In this document: positions 33,001 through 41,819 of the stretch, in pieces
Position numbering within the stretch: position 1 is the stretch's first letter
Layout of the letters: the number at the start of each line of letters is the position of its first letter
NCBI RefSeq assembly: GCF_000737315.1
Contig: NZ_JMCB01000002.1
Location: 82,001 to 144,000, forward strand
Source: Hyalangium minutum
Lineage (GTDB): Bacteria; Myxococcota; Myxococcia; Myxococcales; Myxococcaceae
Direction: 5' to 3'
Length of the DNA stretch: 62,000 nucleotides
Notes under the pieces: generated by a model
The model's database searches: none
Told to the model about the DNA's origin: nothing
What the model saw: only the letters and a program-made list of their open reading frames with translations
Position numbers and translations under genes: made by a program

Positions 33001-33067
33001 GCTGAAAGCACTGGCGGGCGCGAAGGTGGTGCTCGACTCGGCCTGCGGGTTCGTCATCAACCGCTGA
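30029..33067 (+). CDS. rapA: RapA/HepA-like SNF2-family helicase
   Basis: LADEVGLGKT, IIDEAHH, LLTATPMQ, EGRNFQF, DLPWSP...EQRIGRLDRIGQ, FATGHSLV. Confidence 0.85.
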   Translation: MSLVEGLKVRYLPQPEWGVGHLAALQEGGAKAVVFFPAREDSAVLVSTKGGALVSYALPSGEPVVTVKGRQATVVREEPGARGLRRYVIRYADTGEEDEMPESELRALPPRSDLLSTLREGRVGDSKAFMLRKQALVLDDERRCDALGALLASRVMVKPHQVGVVQRVLSARRPRFVLADEVGLGKTIEAGMVFSALRLSGLARRVLVVAPSHLTVQWLVELFHKFNQLFTLMDSDRYAQSLKEQPEVSPWERFPLVVTSLEMLARNEEHRQAVAEEDAFWDLVIIDEAHHLKGEKAFEAAEALAGNSWGLLLLTATPMQLDPAEYHGLLTLIDAATAPTVKGFESRLARQEELSTAVRALLEGNEPAKAVKALAKRFPEDAKLQGLKDRDALLEHLAETYSLSDRLVRNRRAIVGGFSTRRLHRHPVKLSAEELKTRDSALAALAKSSLRGAPLANVLRRLESSPSAFAGAVSSNPALKGADLKLPSRDAKLVAFLGVLRGIWASEAAAKVLVFTESRDTLEALQAELGREGIEALGYHGDLPLVERDRQVARFRDPEGPKVLLCTEVGGEGRNFQFAHHLVHYDLPWSPGTVEQRIGRLDRIGQTKPVEIHVFDPAGTLASDVLMLLADAVGVFGETVGGLDAVLEEVEDRIAELALLPREARVAYAAELKTKVEAARAQVKRAYDPLLDLRSFDKPAVARLVARAQARMGMEEEDEEEGEELPLEDGLWGVARDLDERLEETVTELAKRVGIRVDTDEEVDAFQCAFHFGHALNVEGLPGLDVMEDRTLLGTFWRDTAVEAEELEYFATGHSLVEALFGFLRDGPYGRSGFRFIEKRGPLKARGLELLYHVQTPEPEDTSAGARVPSRQLARFLERTLLPVAVAEGPGGAKADATLLPALEAEGRALKGDEVSRAFPGVRAFVDAAVTVGQKAAEAELGKLAAKARKAIEAERDATLERMRLSLGHQGLDAKALEAQLDAERTHYERLLKALAGAKVVLDSACGFVINR

Positions 33068-33073
33068 GCCTCT

Positions 33074-33958
33074 TCACTTCTCCGGGAGTGCCTGAGCCTC
33101 CTCGATGCTCGCTGCGCAGCGGAATCCGAAGTGGTGGAAGATGGGCCGGTTGGAAGGCACATGCGGCCTCCGGTACACCGTCGTCGCGTACGAGGCTGGC
33201 CAGAACCAGGAGCCTCCTCGCACCACCTTCTGTGTATATCCCGCGCAGGGCTCCTGGCCCGCGCAGGGCCCCTTCGGATTGATGCCCTGACAGGCGGCGC
33301 CACAGGCTCTCCACGAGGGCGTGAACCAGTCCGCGACCCACTCCCACGCATTCCCCGCCATGTCATACAGCCCATAGGGATTGGGAGGGCGTGAGCCCAC
33401 GGGCTCGGGACGGCCCACCTCGGCATGGGTCTTCGAGCGCTGCCGCTGGCCGCAGCTGCGTCCACGGCTGTCCATGATGACGGCTCGCTCGCACGTGGCG
33501 GGCTCGTCACCCCAAGGGTAGAGCCGTCCGTCCGTACCCCGCGCCGCCTTCTCCCACTCGGCCTCCGTGGGCAGGTGCTTGCCGTGCGCTTCGCAGAAGG
33601 CCTTCGCGTCGTACCAGCTCACCCCATTGATGGGTTGCTGCGGGTGGTCGAAGTCGCGGTAGTTCGGGCCCGCCTTCCGGCAGCGCCCCTGTGCCTCGCA
33701 AGCCTTGTAGGCGCTGTAGGTCACCTCGTGGGTATCCATATAGAAGGTCTGCACCCAGACCTCCTGCTGTGGCCGGGCGGGCGCGTGCGGCCCTCCGTTC
33801 ATGCCTCGGAGAAATGGGCCTCCCGGGATGCAGGCCATGCCCGGCTTGGGTGCTTCGAGGCAGGGCACCACCGCTGGAGCCTCCGAAGATGGAGCAGCCG
33901 CCCCCGCGCTCGTGCTGACGAGCCCCACGAGCAGCGCGAGCCACCGCACGGTGCTCAT
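33074..33958 (-). CDS. Secreted FGE-sulfatase (SUMF1-like) domain protein
   Basis: Signal peptide; FYMDTHEVT, VSWYDAKAFC, LPTEAEWEKAARG, YPWG, YGLYDMAGNAWEW, RGGSW, GFRC. Confidence 0.88.
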   Translation of the reverse strand: MSTVRWLALLVGLVSTSAGAAAPSSEAPAVVPCLEAPKPGMACIPGGPFLRGMNGGPHAPARPQQEVWVQTFYMDTHEVTYSAYKACEAQGRCRKAGPNYRDFDHPQQPINGVSWYDAKAFCEAHGKHLPTEAEWEKAARGTDGRLYPWGDEPATCERAVIMDSRGRSCGQRQRSKTHAEVGRPEPVGSRPPNPYGLYDMAGNAWEWVADWFTPSWRACGAACQGINPKGPCAGQEPCAGYTQKVVRGGSWFWPASYATTVYRRPHVPSNRPIFHHFGFRCAASIEEAQALPEK

Positions 33959-35001
33959 GGGAGGTTCTCCGCCCGGGCTGGCAGCGTCCGAGCTGGAGCG
34001 CGCTTCACCCGCCGCTTCGCCAGGAGCTTCTGCTTCGCGGCCTCGCGCGCCTCGGCGGGCGGAGTGTCGAGCCGTGACAGCCCACGCACCTGTCCCTCGG
34101 CGGCTGCGAACCGCAGCATCGTCACCGACTTGCGAGTCTTCTTGTCGTCCAGCCAGGCCACGAAGTTCGGACCGGACTGCGTGTTGTAGTGGTAGTGGGT
34201 GCCCTTCACGTGAGGAATGCCCCGCTCACCGCTGGTGCGGAGCACCACGCTGTTCTCCGTCAGCGCAAGTCCTCGGATGTTGTTCCGGTACTGCGCGTCG
34301 TAGGCAAAGTATTGCTCGGCGTTGGACAGGTAGAGCACGCCCACCGTCTTCCCTGACGCGGAGAGTGCCTCCCCGAGCGCCTTCATGGTGCGCCGGGCCG
34401 TGAGGTCTCCTCTCACCATGAAGACCTTGTCCTCTTGGAAGAGGCGGCGCAGGTGCGCGTAATCGGCGGCGTTCGTGAGGAAGCAGGTCTGGTTCGCTTT
34501 CGCCATCTGCGCCATGAGGCGCCCGAACCGCCGCTCCACCGCCCCGCGGGCCGTGTTGAGGGCCAGCAGCGCACCGGCTCGCTGCCGCTTGTCGGAGTAG
34601 CCCTCCTGGATGAGCCGGCGCACCTCCGAGCGGCTCTGCTTCTGCCAGAGCTCGAGGAACGCCCCGGGAGTCTCCGCCGCGAGGAAGATGACGCGGTAGA
34701 CCCGGTGGAGATCGACCACGGACTGATCAAAATCCAGCAGGACGAGCCCCTCCGCTCGTGCCCAGGCTCCCAGCAGGTAGTTCTGGTCGGTGCCCACGCC
34801 CACGTAGACGCCGCCCTTGTCCTTCACCGCGTTGTGGAAGAGCTCGAGGGTGTCTTCGTTCGAGATCCAGTAGTGGAGTCCTCGCACCAGCCCCGGTGGA
34901 GCGGGATCGGCGGGCAGGTTCGTGAACGTGGGGTGCGAGGCCTCACTGGCGGAGACCGAAGCGGAGAGGAGCAGAGCCAACACGGCAGCAAGGCGCATCA
35001 C
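33955..35001 (-). CDS. Secreted conserved hypothetical protein (recalls the LIC_10091-like family)
   Basis: Signal peptide; WISNE, GGVYVGVGTDQNY, LVLLDFD, LYLSNAEQY; 4-nt overlap with the FGE-like gene. Confidence 0.65.
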   Translation of the reverse strand: MMRLAAVLALLLSASVSASEASHPTFTNLPADPAPPGLVRGLHYWISNEDTLELFHNAVKDKGGVYVGVGTDQNYLLGAWARAEGLVLLDFDQSVVDLHRVYRVIFLAAETPGAFLELWQKQSRSEVRRLIQEGYSDKRQRAGALLALNTARGAVERRFGRLMAQMAKANQTCFLTNAADYAHLRRLFQEDKVFMVRGDLTARRTMKALGEALSASGKTVGVLYLSNAEQYFAYDAQYRNNIRGLALTENSVVLRTSGERGIPHVKGTHYHYNTQSGPNFVAWLDDKKTRKSVTMLRFAAAEGQVRGLSRLDTPPAEAREAAKQKLLAKRRVKRAPARTLPARAENLP

Positions 35002-35082
35002 GCCGATGATACCGCCTCCGCTGGCAGCACCTACTCGGGGCCGGAGCCCCGATGGCCACCGTCTCCCGAGCGCGCCGCCCGC

Positions 35083-35643
35083 TCAGGCCTTCAGCTTCTC
35101 ACGCAGCGCCTTCGCCCGGCCCTGCATGTCCGGATCCAGGCTCGTGATCTGAATGCTCTTGAGGCGCTCGTCCAGGCTCTTGGGCACCTTCGTCTTCAGC
35201 TTGCCCTCGCCCTCCATCGCCTCCAGCTTCGCCAGCGCCTTGTCGGCAATCCGCTCGCGCGGGTGGTCCAGCAGGCTGTCCAGGAAGTACGCGTCCTCGG
35301 GCAGCTCCGGGTACTTCTCCAGGTACTCCACCACCCCCTGCACCCAGGCCTGCCGCGTCTCCGCCTGCTGCAGCTTCTGCATGGCGGCCTTCTGCGTCTT
35401 GCGCTTGCCCTCGGGGTCGAACTTCTCCGCCAACCCCTCGGGGAGTTCGCCGCCCGTGAAGAGCGCGTCCGCCGCCGCCTTGTACTTCTGGTAGGAGGCG
35501 CTGCGCTCGATGCGCTGCTGCGCCGGGTCATCCTGGCGGGAGTGGCTCTTGCTCTTGCCGCGCATCGCGTCGATCTCTCGCCACGACTTGTTGCGCTTGC
35601 CGGAGAACCCACCGCCTTCGTTGTCGTCCTTGTCTCGTGCCAT
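35083..35643 (-). CDS. Hypothetical charged helical protein
   Basis: 186-aa ORF with typical codon usage, 3 nt downstream of the next gene's stop. Confidence 0.75.
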   Translation of the reverse strand: MARDKDDNEGGGFSGKRNKSWREIDAMRGKSKSHSRQDDPAQQRIERSASYQKYKAAADALFTGGELPEGLAEKFDPEGKRKTQKAAMQKLQQAETRQAWVQGVVEYLEKYPELPEDAYFLDSLLDHPRERIADKALAKLEAMEGEGKLKTKVPKSLDERLKSIQITSLDPDMQGRAKALREKLKA

Positions 35644-35646
35644 CCG

Positions 35647-36411
35647 TCAACTTCCCTTCCGGGCGTGCCATAAGGCCGCCAGCCCGCGCCGCACATACGT
35701 GCGCACCCGCGCGAGCTCCTCGGCAGAGAGGGGGTGCTCCTCATCCTGCTCCGCCTCGAACAGCGCTTCTTCCGCATATGCGGCGAGGGCCTCGGGCACC
35801 GGCGGAGCCTCCGTGTCCTCCCTCTCCAGCGCCGCCGGATCCACACTGGCAAGTCCCGGCGGCCAGCCCAGCTCCATCATGGCGTGCAGTTCGAAGAGCA
35901 GGTGGCGGGCTACCGCATATCCTTCGTCCGCGAGCCCCGCCACGTCAAGAGCACCCAGCAGCGCATCCTGCCGGTTGTCGAAGGCGTGCTGCCTCCGCGT
36001 GCGCTCCTTCGGGTCGTCTTCCAGGTAACGCCAGGCGGCCTCCACGAATTCGCTCCCTGGCTCTCCCGGGGCAAAAGGGGGCGGCCGCACGGGCTTCACC
36101 TTCTTGGGCCGAGGCGGCTGAGGCCCCTGCTCCAGCGGGATGGGCTGGCCCTCCTCCACCAGGTCCCAGAGCCCCAGCAGGTTCTGGAAGAGCCGCTGCG
36201 CCACCTCGGGCGAGGGGAAGTGGGGCTCTCCCTCGAAGAGGGTGGGGATGACGGCGTCATGCCGCTGCCCCTCGGCCTTGGCCGAGCGCATCCGTGTGAG
36301 CACCTCATAGGTGTCACACGTGCTGCCGGCCAGCTCCAGCAGCCCATCCAGCGTCTGTGCGTCCTCGAAGTGGTGGACGAAGTCGGTGCCTCTTCCCCGT
36401 GAGCGGCTCAT
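35647..36411 (-). CDS. Hypothetical protein
   Basis: 254-aa ORF, co-oriented and coupled to 35083-35643. Confidence 0.75.
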   Translation of the reverse strand: MSRSRGRGTDFVHHFEDAQTLDGLLELAGSTCDTYEVLTRMRSAKAEGQRHDAVIPTLFEGEPHFPSPEVAQRLFQNLLGLWDLVEEGQPIPLEQGPQPPRPKKVKPVRPPPFAPGEPGSEFVEAAWRYLEDDPKERTRRQHAFDNRQDALLGALDVAGLADEGYAVARHLLFELHAMMELGWPPGLASVDPAALEREDTEAPPVPEALAAYAEEALFEAEQDEEHPLSAEELARVRTYVRRGLAALWHARKGS

Positions 36412-36555
36412 GCGGCACGAACGCTAGCCCTGGGAGCGGGCGGACGCACGGGGCGCGTGAAGCGCTCCCCACCCGTTCAAGGCCAACCTCCCGGAGTGAA
36501 CATTAAGGATGCCAGCCGCCAATGTCGCTGGCGCCCTGCTAGGCTCCCGCCCGGG

Positions 36556-37176
36556 ATGACCCACCCGTCACCAGAGAAGCTGAAGGCCGCAGTGCAGGCG
36601 CTTTACCAGGTCCGGGCCGTGGAAGGGCCTCCCGGCGACCATGGCCATCGCTCTGTCTGGCACATGTCCCCCCAGGGAGCGGAGTTGCTCTCGCTCGTCG
36701 ATAGGGAGGGCCGTGTGCAGCGCCAGGAGCTGACGCTGCTCGAGGACCACTACGCGTGGAGCCAGGGCGAAGGTCTGCGCACGGGCCGGGTCGAGCTGGA
36801 GAGGGTCGGTGGCTCGAAGGTGAACCCCGCCGCGGCCATCGTGCACACGGACCCGGAGCTGGTTCCCGTCCGGCTGATACGCGCGGCGGCGGCGCTGGAG
36901 ACCTACGAGGGAGAGGACCGCTACCTCCTCCACATCAAGCGCGTGCTGGCACTCGCGCGCGAGGGGCTCGAGCTGCAGGAGTCCCCCCTCGTCACCGAAT
37001 TGGTTTCGGCGTCAACCGCGCCTTTGAGCCCCGCTGCCCTTCCTCAGAAGAGCGAGCCGGACGCAGGTGCGGCGCCCCACGCCCCCGCAGGGGGCAGGTT
37101 CGAGGGCATGGCGATGGTGCTCGTGTTCGCCGTGGGCCTCATGGTGGCCATCGCGCTGCTCGGCTGGCTTCTCTGA
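36556..37176 (+). CDS. Hypothetical protein with C-terminal TM helix
   Basis: Likely ATG at 36556; ends MAMVLVFAVGLMVAIALLGWLL. Confidence 0.65.
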   Translation: MTHPSPEKLKAAVQALYQVRAVEGPPGDHGHRSVWHMSPQGAELLSLVDREGRVQRQELTLLEDHYAWSQGEGLRTGRVELERVGGSKVNPAAAIVHTDPELVPVRLIRAAAALETYEGEDRYLLHIKRVLALAREGLELQESPLVTELVSASTAPLSPAALPQKSEPDAGAAPHAPAGGRFEGMAMVLVFAVGLMVAIALLGWLL

Positions 37177-38894
37177 GTGGCCGTGACGGGCTCGGGCGGA
37201 CGGGCAGGGGCCTGCTCCGGGAGCCGCGCCTCATTCGCCGTGCGCTGGAAGCGCTTGGGCGCCAGCGGGCCGGGGGAGCGAGGGAGCCACAGGGTGCTCG
37301 TGCCGCCATTCATGGGCTGGGCCGTGCGCGAGGCCGGATCGAGCACCACCACGGGTGACGCTCCGGCAAGCCCGAGCACCTCGGCCGCGGCGCCGAGCTC
37401 CTTCAAGGAGATGTCCTCCGGCAGCTCCAGCCCGACGAACGTTCCTGCGAGCACATGCGGCACCTCCGCCAGGGATGCGCTCAGAGAGAGGGAAAGCGTC
37501 TCGCCGCCCTGCACGGGAGAGAGCAGGAGTTGCTCCCCCTCTCCGAACCGGGCCTGCCAGGAGAGGGTGACGGGCTTGGACAGGGCTGCGGGCAGCAGCA
37601 ACTGAAGCGTGCCCTCCTGCGCCGCGAGCAGGGAGAGCAGGGGCACTTGAGTCTTGAGCTTCGCCAGCGTCGCGAGGTTGGCCGATTGCGGATGCTGGCC
37701 CACCAGCTCCACGGAGCGCGCACCGGCAAGGGCGCTCGCTTCGACGAGGCGGCGCAGGCTGGCGCCGGGAGTGCGGGCATCCGCCAGCACGGGCAACACG
37801 GGCTCGGGCACGACGCCGCTGGGACGCGTGGATTGCGGAAGCGTGGAGTGCAGCGAGCCCATGAGCGACTCCGCCAGCGCCTTGCCCGGGCTGCTCCAGC
37901 CGAGGCGGGCGCTGCCCACGGGCGTCAGGCCCTCCGCGGTGACGAGGGCCGCGAATGGGTGCGGCATGGCGGCCTCGGAGGTGCGGAGTGGCTCGAAGCC
38001 TCGGGGCAGGGAAGGAGCGCCGACGCCCGCCGCGCGCGCACCTTGCTCGGCGAGGCGCAGGGGGTGGGCATCCAGGAAGAGCAGCGCGGTGACCGCAGCC
38101 GCCAGGAAGACACTGCCCATCCACCCTCGGGCCATGCGCGAGTAGCGGCGCGTCTGCCACACGAGGAGCACCACGGCCAGGATGATCAGCAGCGCCAGGC
38201 AGGCCTGACGTAAGGGCCGCAGGCGCATCACATCGTCCGCAGCCTGGCTCAGCAGGCGGGTGCGATCAGCGATCGGCGTCTGGGGCAGCCCCGTGAGGAG
38301 CTCGAAGAGCCGGTGGGCCTCCAGTGCTCCCAGCAAGGCGATGGTGGCCAGCGTGAGGGCCACGACGACTCCGAGCACGAGGCTCGGGGTGGAGCCCTGC
38401 GGGCTGGAGCGGAACGGCAGCTCGGCGGAGGCTCCGGCCATTGCCAACCCCAGCCCCAACCCGAGCAGCAGCGCCGCGCTCATCCAGGCCCCCAGCATGC
38501 GCGCGGCCATGGCCTCTCCCACGCCCAGCGCCAGCGCATTGCGCGCATCCGGAATCTCCAGCCCGGCCAGCGCCGCCACCACCCGGCCGACGATGACTTC
38601 GGTGCCCAGCAGCCCCACGGTCCAGGGCAGCGTGGCCATGCCCAGCATGACGGCCAGCGGAACCACCCGCCCGATGCCGATATGGCAGACCATCAAGGTC
38701 AGGAACACCAGCTCCACCAGCCCCGACAGGAGGACCAGGGAGGAAAAGGACCCCGCGGCACCCGTGATTCGAGACAGCTCATCGGATCCTCCTGCCCAGC
38801 TCACCAGCAGCCAGGAGACAAAGAGAACAGACATGGGCGCGGTCGCAGCCGCGACTACACCCGGAGCCACATGGGGTCTGGCTGTAACAAGCAT
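37044..38894 (-). CDS. Membrane protein with MotA/TolQ/ExbB-like and ExbD/TolR-like segments (apparent fusion)
   Basis: Likely ATG at 38894; LPWTVGLLGT...ALALGVGEAMAA (ExbB-like); PVLADARTP..SLRRLVEASALAGARSVEL (ExbD-like). Confidence 0.55.
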   Translation of the reverse strand: MLVTARPHVAPGVVAAATAPMSVLFVSWLLVSWAGGSDELSRITGAAGSFSSLVLLSGLVELVFLTLMVCHIGIGRVVPLAVMLGMATLPWTVGLLGTEVIVGRVVAALAGLEIPDARNALALGVGEAMAARMLGAWMSAALLLGLGLGLAMAGASAELPFRSSPQGSTPSLVLGVVVALTLATIALLGALEAHRLFELLTGLPQTPIADRTRLLSQAADDVMRLRPLRQACLALLIILAVVLLVWQTRRYSRMARGWMGSVFLAAAVTALLFLDAHPLRLAEQGARAAGVGAPSLPRGFEPLRTSEAAMPHPFAALVTAEGLTPVGSARLGWSSPGKALAESLMGSLHSTLPQSTRPSGVVPEPVLPVLADARTPGASLRRLVEASALAGARSVELVGQHPQSANLATLAKLKTQVPLLSLLAAQEGTLQLLLPAALSKPVTLSWQARFGEGEQLLLSPVQGGETLSLSLSASLAEVPHVLAGTFVGLELPEDISLKELGAAAEVLGLAGASPVVVLDPASRTAQPMNGGTSTLWLPRSPGPLAPKRFQRTANEARLPEQAPARPPEPVTATQRSQPSSAMATMRPTANTSTIAMPSNLPPAGAWGAAPASGSLF

Positions 38895-38932
38895 TCCCCG
38901 CGAAACTAGGTACGCAGGGTATTCGTGGGAAC

Positions 38933-39313
38933 TCAGGCTGGCGGGCGACCCACCAGCCAATACACAACGGTGAACAGGAGCCCGACAATCGGGGCCACGA
39001 GCGCCCCGAGGATGATGAGTCCTGTGCAGTTGCCCGGCTCGCAGCCAATCTGGGTGCGCGCGCAGAATGCAAAGATGAACACTGGCACGTGGTAGCCGAG
39101 GATGAACAATCCGAGCCCACGCACCACGAGCCCTCGGTACCAGGTGCGGGTGAGCAGCCGGAAGACAATCGGGAGCAGGAAGAGGGTGGCCGTGGCGGCC
39201 CCGGCGATGGCCAGCTGACGCGCTGCGGCGGCCCAGCACCCCACCGCCGCCAATCCCAGGGCGGGCACCAGCAGCAGCGTGTTGAGGTTGAGCGGGGCCG
39301 GCTCGCGCGACAT
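38933..39313 (-). CDS. Small hypothetical membrane protein (about 4 TM)
   Basis: Likely ATG at 39313; hydrophobic helices; lower GC than its neighbours. Confidence 0.55.
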   Translation of the reverse strand: MSREPAPLNLNTLLLVPALGLAAVGCWAAAARQLAIAGAATATLFLLPIVFRLLTRTWYRGLVVRGLGLFILGYHVPVFIFAFCARTQIGCEPGNCTGLIILGALVAPIVGLLFTVVYWLVGRPPA

Positions 39314-39347
39314 CACCGGGGGACGCTCGCAAAGCGGGGAGAGGGGA

Positions 39348-41150
39348 TCAAGCGGCGACTGCCCCTTCTCCCAGGAGCTGTGCATAGCGGCCCTGGCGCG
39401 CCACCAGCTCCGCGTGTGTGCCGGACTCCACCACCCGGCCCGCGTCCAGCACGACGATGAGGTCCGCGTCCCGCACCGTGGAGAGCCGGTGCGCGATGAC
39501 GAGCACCGTGCGGCCCTTCATCAGCTCCGCCAGTCCCGCCCCTACCGCGGCCTCGCTGGCCGCGTCCAGGGCGCTCGTGGGCTCGTCCAGCAGCAGCAGC
39601 GACGGCCGGCGCAGGAACGCCCGGGCCAGGGCCAGCCGCTGCCGCTGTCCGCCCGAGAGCCGGGAGCCGCGCTCACCCACGGGCTCGTCCAGTCCTCCCG
39701 GCAGCGCCCGCACGAAGTCCTCCGCATGGGCCAGGGCCAGCGCCTCCCAGATGTCCGCGTCGGTGGCCTCGGGCCGCCCCAGCAACAGGTTGTGGCGCAC
39801 CGTGCCGGAGAAGAGGACGGGCTCCTGTGGCACCCAGGCCATCTGCGCCCGGACGCTCGAGGGCTTCAGCTCCGTCATGGGCACGCCATCCCAGCGCACC
39901 GTCCCGCCGCTTGTGGGCAGGAAGCCAAGCAGTACTGAAAACAGCGTCGTCTTTCCCGCGCCCGAGGCTCCCACCAGCGCCACCCGCGCGCCCGCGGGCA
40001 CCGTGAGGCTCACCCCGCGCATGCCCTCGCGGCCGTCCAGGTACGTGGCGCGCACGTCCTCCAACACCAGCGCCTGCTTCAGCGGCTCCGCCGTGCGGCC
40101 CTCGTCCGGAGGCGAGGGCTCGTCCGCGATGGCGAAGAGGCGCTCGGCCGCCACCAGGCCCGTGAGCACCTGCGAGAGCGTGCCGCTCAGGGACTTCACC
40201 GGCTGGTAGAGCAGCAGCGCCGCCGCGATGAACGAGAGCAGCCGCCCCGCCAGCGCGGGCTCCGCCGCCACCGCCCGAGCGCCCCACATCACCACCAGTG
40301 CCACGCCGAAGATGCCCAGCATCTCCACCGTGGGGCTGAAGGCCCCGCGCAGGAACAGCGAGCGGCGCATCTCTCCCAGGTAGCGCTCGGCCTCCGCATC
40401 GAACGTCACCAGCGCCCGAGGCACTCCACCGTACGCCTGCACCACCGGCAGGTTCTGCAACTGCTCGGAGGTGAGCGAGGTGAGCGCCCCGAGGCTCGTC
40501 TGCGAGCGCGTGGCCACCTTCTTCAACGAGCGCGCGAACCGCGTCACCGGCACCACGGTGGCGGGCATCACCACGAAGGTCAGCAAGGACAGCTTCGCGT
40601 CGATCATCGCGCAGGTGACGAGCAGCGCGAAAATCTGCATCCCATCCTTCACATAGGAGGACAGCGCCTGCGTCACCGCGAACTCCACCAGGGGGATGTC
40701 TGCGGTGAAGCGCGAGAGCAGCTCGCCCGAGTGCCGCCGCTCGAAGAAGGCGGGAGGCTGGTTCAGCAGCCGCGAGTAGAAGAAGCCGCGCAGGTCCGCC
40801 ATCACCCGCTGCCCCAGCCGCTGCATCCACCCGCCCTGGAGGAACTGGGCCGTGGCCTTCACCGCTGCCACCGCCACCACCAGCCAGGGCAGCCGGCGCA
40901 GCATCTCGTTCGGAGGCAGTTGCAGGCCGGCCAGCGCAATGGACTCGCCGGTGAGCACCGCGCGCAGCAGCGGGCCCACCAACCACGCGTACGCCGAGGT
41001 GGCGGCCGCGGCCAGCAGCGACGCCCCCAGGCCCGCCACGAGCAGGCGCCGGTACGGCCGCAAATAGCTCAACAGTCGACGGTAGATGAACGGCGAGGGA
41101 CGGGGCGCCAAAGCGGCGCGGACTCTCTCACCCCAAGTGCCCAGGTCCAA
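39348..41150 (-). CDS. ABC transporter, fused permease-ATPase (MsbA-like)
   Basis: GELLSRFTAD, Walker A GASGAGKTT, signature LSGGQRQR, Walker B LLLDEPTSALD, IAHRLST. Confidence 0.92.
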   Translation of the reverse strand: MDLGTWGERVRAALAPRPSPFIYRRLLSYLRPYRRLLVAGLGASLLAAAATSAYAWLVGPLLRAVLTGESIALAGLQLPPNEMLRRLPWLVVAVAAVKATAQFLQGGWMQRLGQRVMADLRGFFYSRLLNQPPAFFERRHSGELLSRFTADIPLVEFAVTQALSSYVKDGMQIFALLVTCAMIDAKLSLLTFVVMPATVVPVTRFARSLKKVATRSQTSLGALTSLTSEQLQNLPVVQAYGGVPRALVTFDAEAERYLGEMRRSLFLRGAFSPTVEMLGIFGVALVVMWGARAVAAEPALAGRLLSFIAAALLLYQPVKSLSGTLSQVLTGLVAAERLFAIADEPSPPDEGRTAEPLKQALVLEDVRATYLDGREGMRGVSLTVPAGARVALVGASGAGKTTLFSVLLGFLPTSGGTVRWDGVPMTELKPSSVRAQMAWVPQEPVLFSGTVRHNLLLGRPEATDADIWEALALAHAEDFVRALPGGLDEPVGERGSRLSGGQRQRLALARAFLRRPSLLLLDEPTSALDAASEAAVGAGLAELMKGRTVLVIAHRLSTVRDADLIVVLDAGRVVESGTHAELVARQGRYAQLLGEGAVAA

Positions 41151-41262
41151 GGCGCTTCACAGCAGCGGGCTCGCTTCCCTGGCTACTGCTCAGCCCACCT
41201 GCCACCGCACGCTGGCCCGTTCGTTGCTGTGGGCGGGTGTGGCCAACAGCTTTCGGAAAGCC

Positions 41263-41709
41263 ATGGACATCAACGATACGAACCAAAAAGAGGCGCTGTT
41301 CAGTCCCGGCTGTGAGCCGGTTGTCGAGGACGAGGAGCGGCGGCGGCTCCTCTGGCTCATGGCCGAGTACTTCAGGACGATCGGCTATACGGACATCAAA
41401 GCGCGGCTCCCGGGCTTCATGCCGCCTCCCATTCTTTCGGGAACCATCGAGGACCACCGTCCCGATTTTACATGCCGGCAGACTGACTCGGCCCGCACGC
41501 CCATCATCCTCGAGGTCGTCACGCCAGAGATGGTGGAGGATCCAACCGCCGAGAACCGGTGGAGCCTGCTGGCCAGCGCCGCCAAGCTCTACAACGCCGA
41601 GCTCCACTTCGTGGTCCCCAAGTGGTCGCCTATAGGGCCCGTGGACGCCGCACTCAAGCGCCGGCTGGCTCGCATGGAGCTCCTCGTCAATCGCGTCTGG
41701 CTGGTCTGA
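41263..41709 (+). CDS. Hypothetical protein, PD-(D/E)xK-like motif
   Basis: ATG at 41263; HRPDF...IILEV...RWSL...LHFVVP. Confidence 0.6.
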   Translation: MDINDTNQKEALFSPGCEPVVEDEERRRLLWLMAEYFRTIGYTDIKARLPGFMPPPILSGTIEDHRPDFTCRQTDSARTPIILEVVTPEMVEDPTAENRWSLLASAAKLYNAELHFVVPKWSPIGPVDAALKRRLARMELLVNRVWLV

Positions 41710-41738
41710 CGGCCTGGAACGTCGCGCATCCCCCTGGA

Positions 41739-41766
41739 TTGCTGGCTCGAAACCCTGCGTTATAGT
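41739..41766 (+). promoter_or_regulatory. Possible sigma70-like promoter for dnaJ (TTGCTG-16-TATAGT)
   Basis: Motif resemblance only; about 54 nt upstream of the dnaJ ATG. Confidence 0.3.
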
Positions 41767-41819
41767 GGATCAGTTTCTACGCAGGCTTAAAAGGCCAGTA
41801 AATCCAGGGGTTTGACGCG

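Noticed and set aside
33074-33958. True formylglycine-generating enzyme
   Set aside because: Active-site Cys pair is absent and no sulfatase gene is nearby.
38933-39385. Mobile element or island around the lower-GC small membrane gene
   Set aside because: No transposase, integrase, tRNA or flanking direct repeats are visible.
41710-41819. CIRCE/HrcA operator upstream of dnaJ
   Set aside because: No TTAGCACTC-N9-GAGTGCTAA-like inverted repeat is present.
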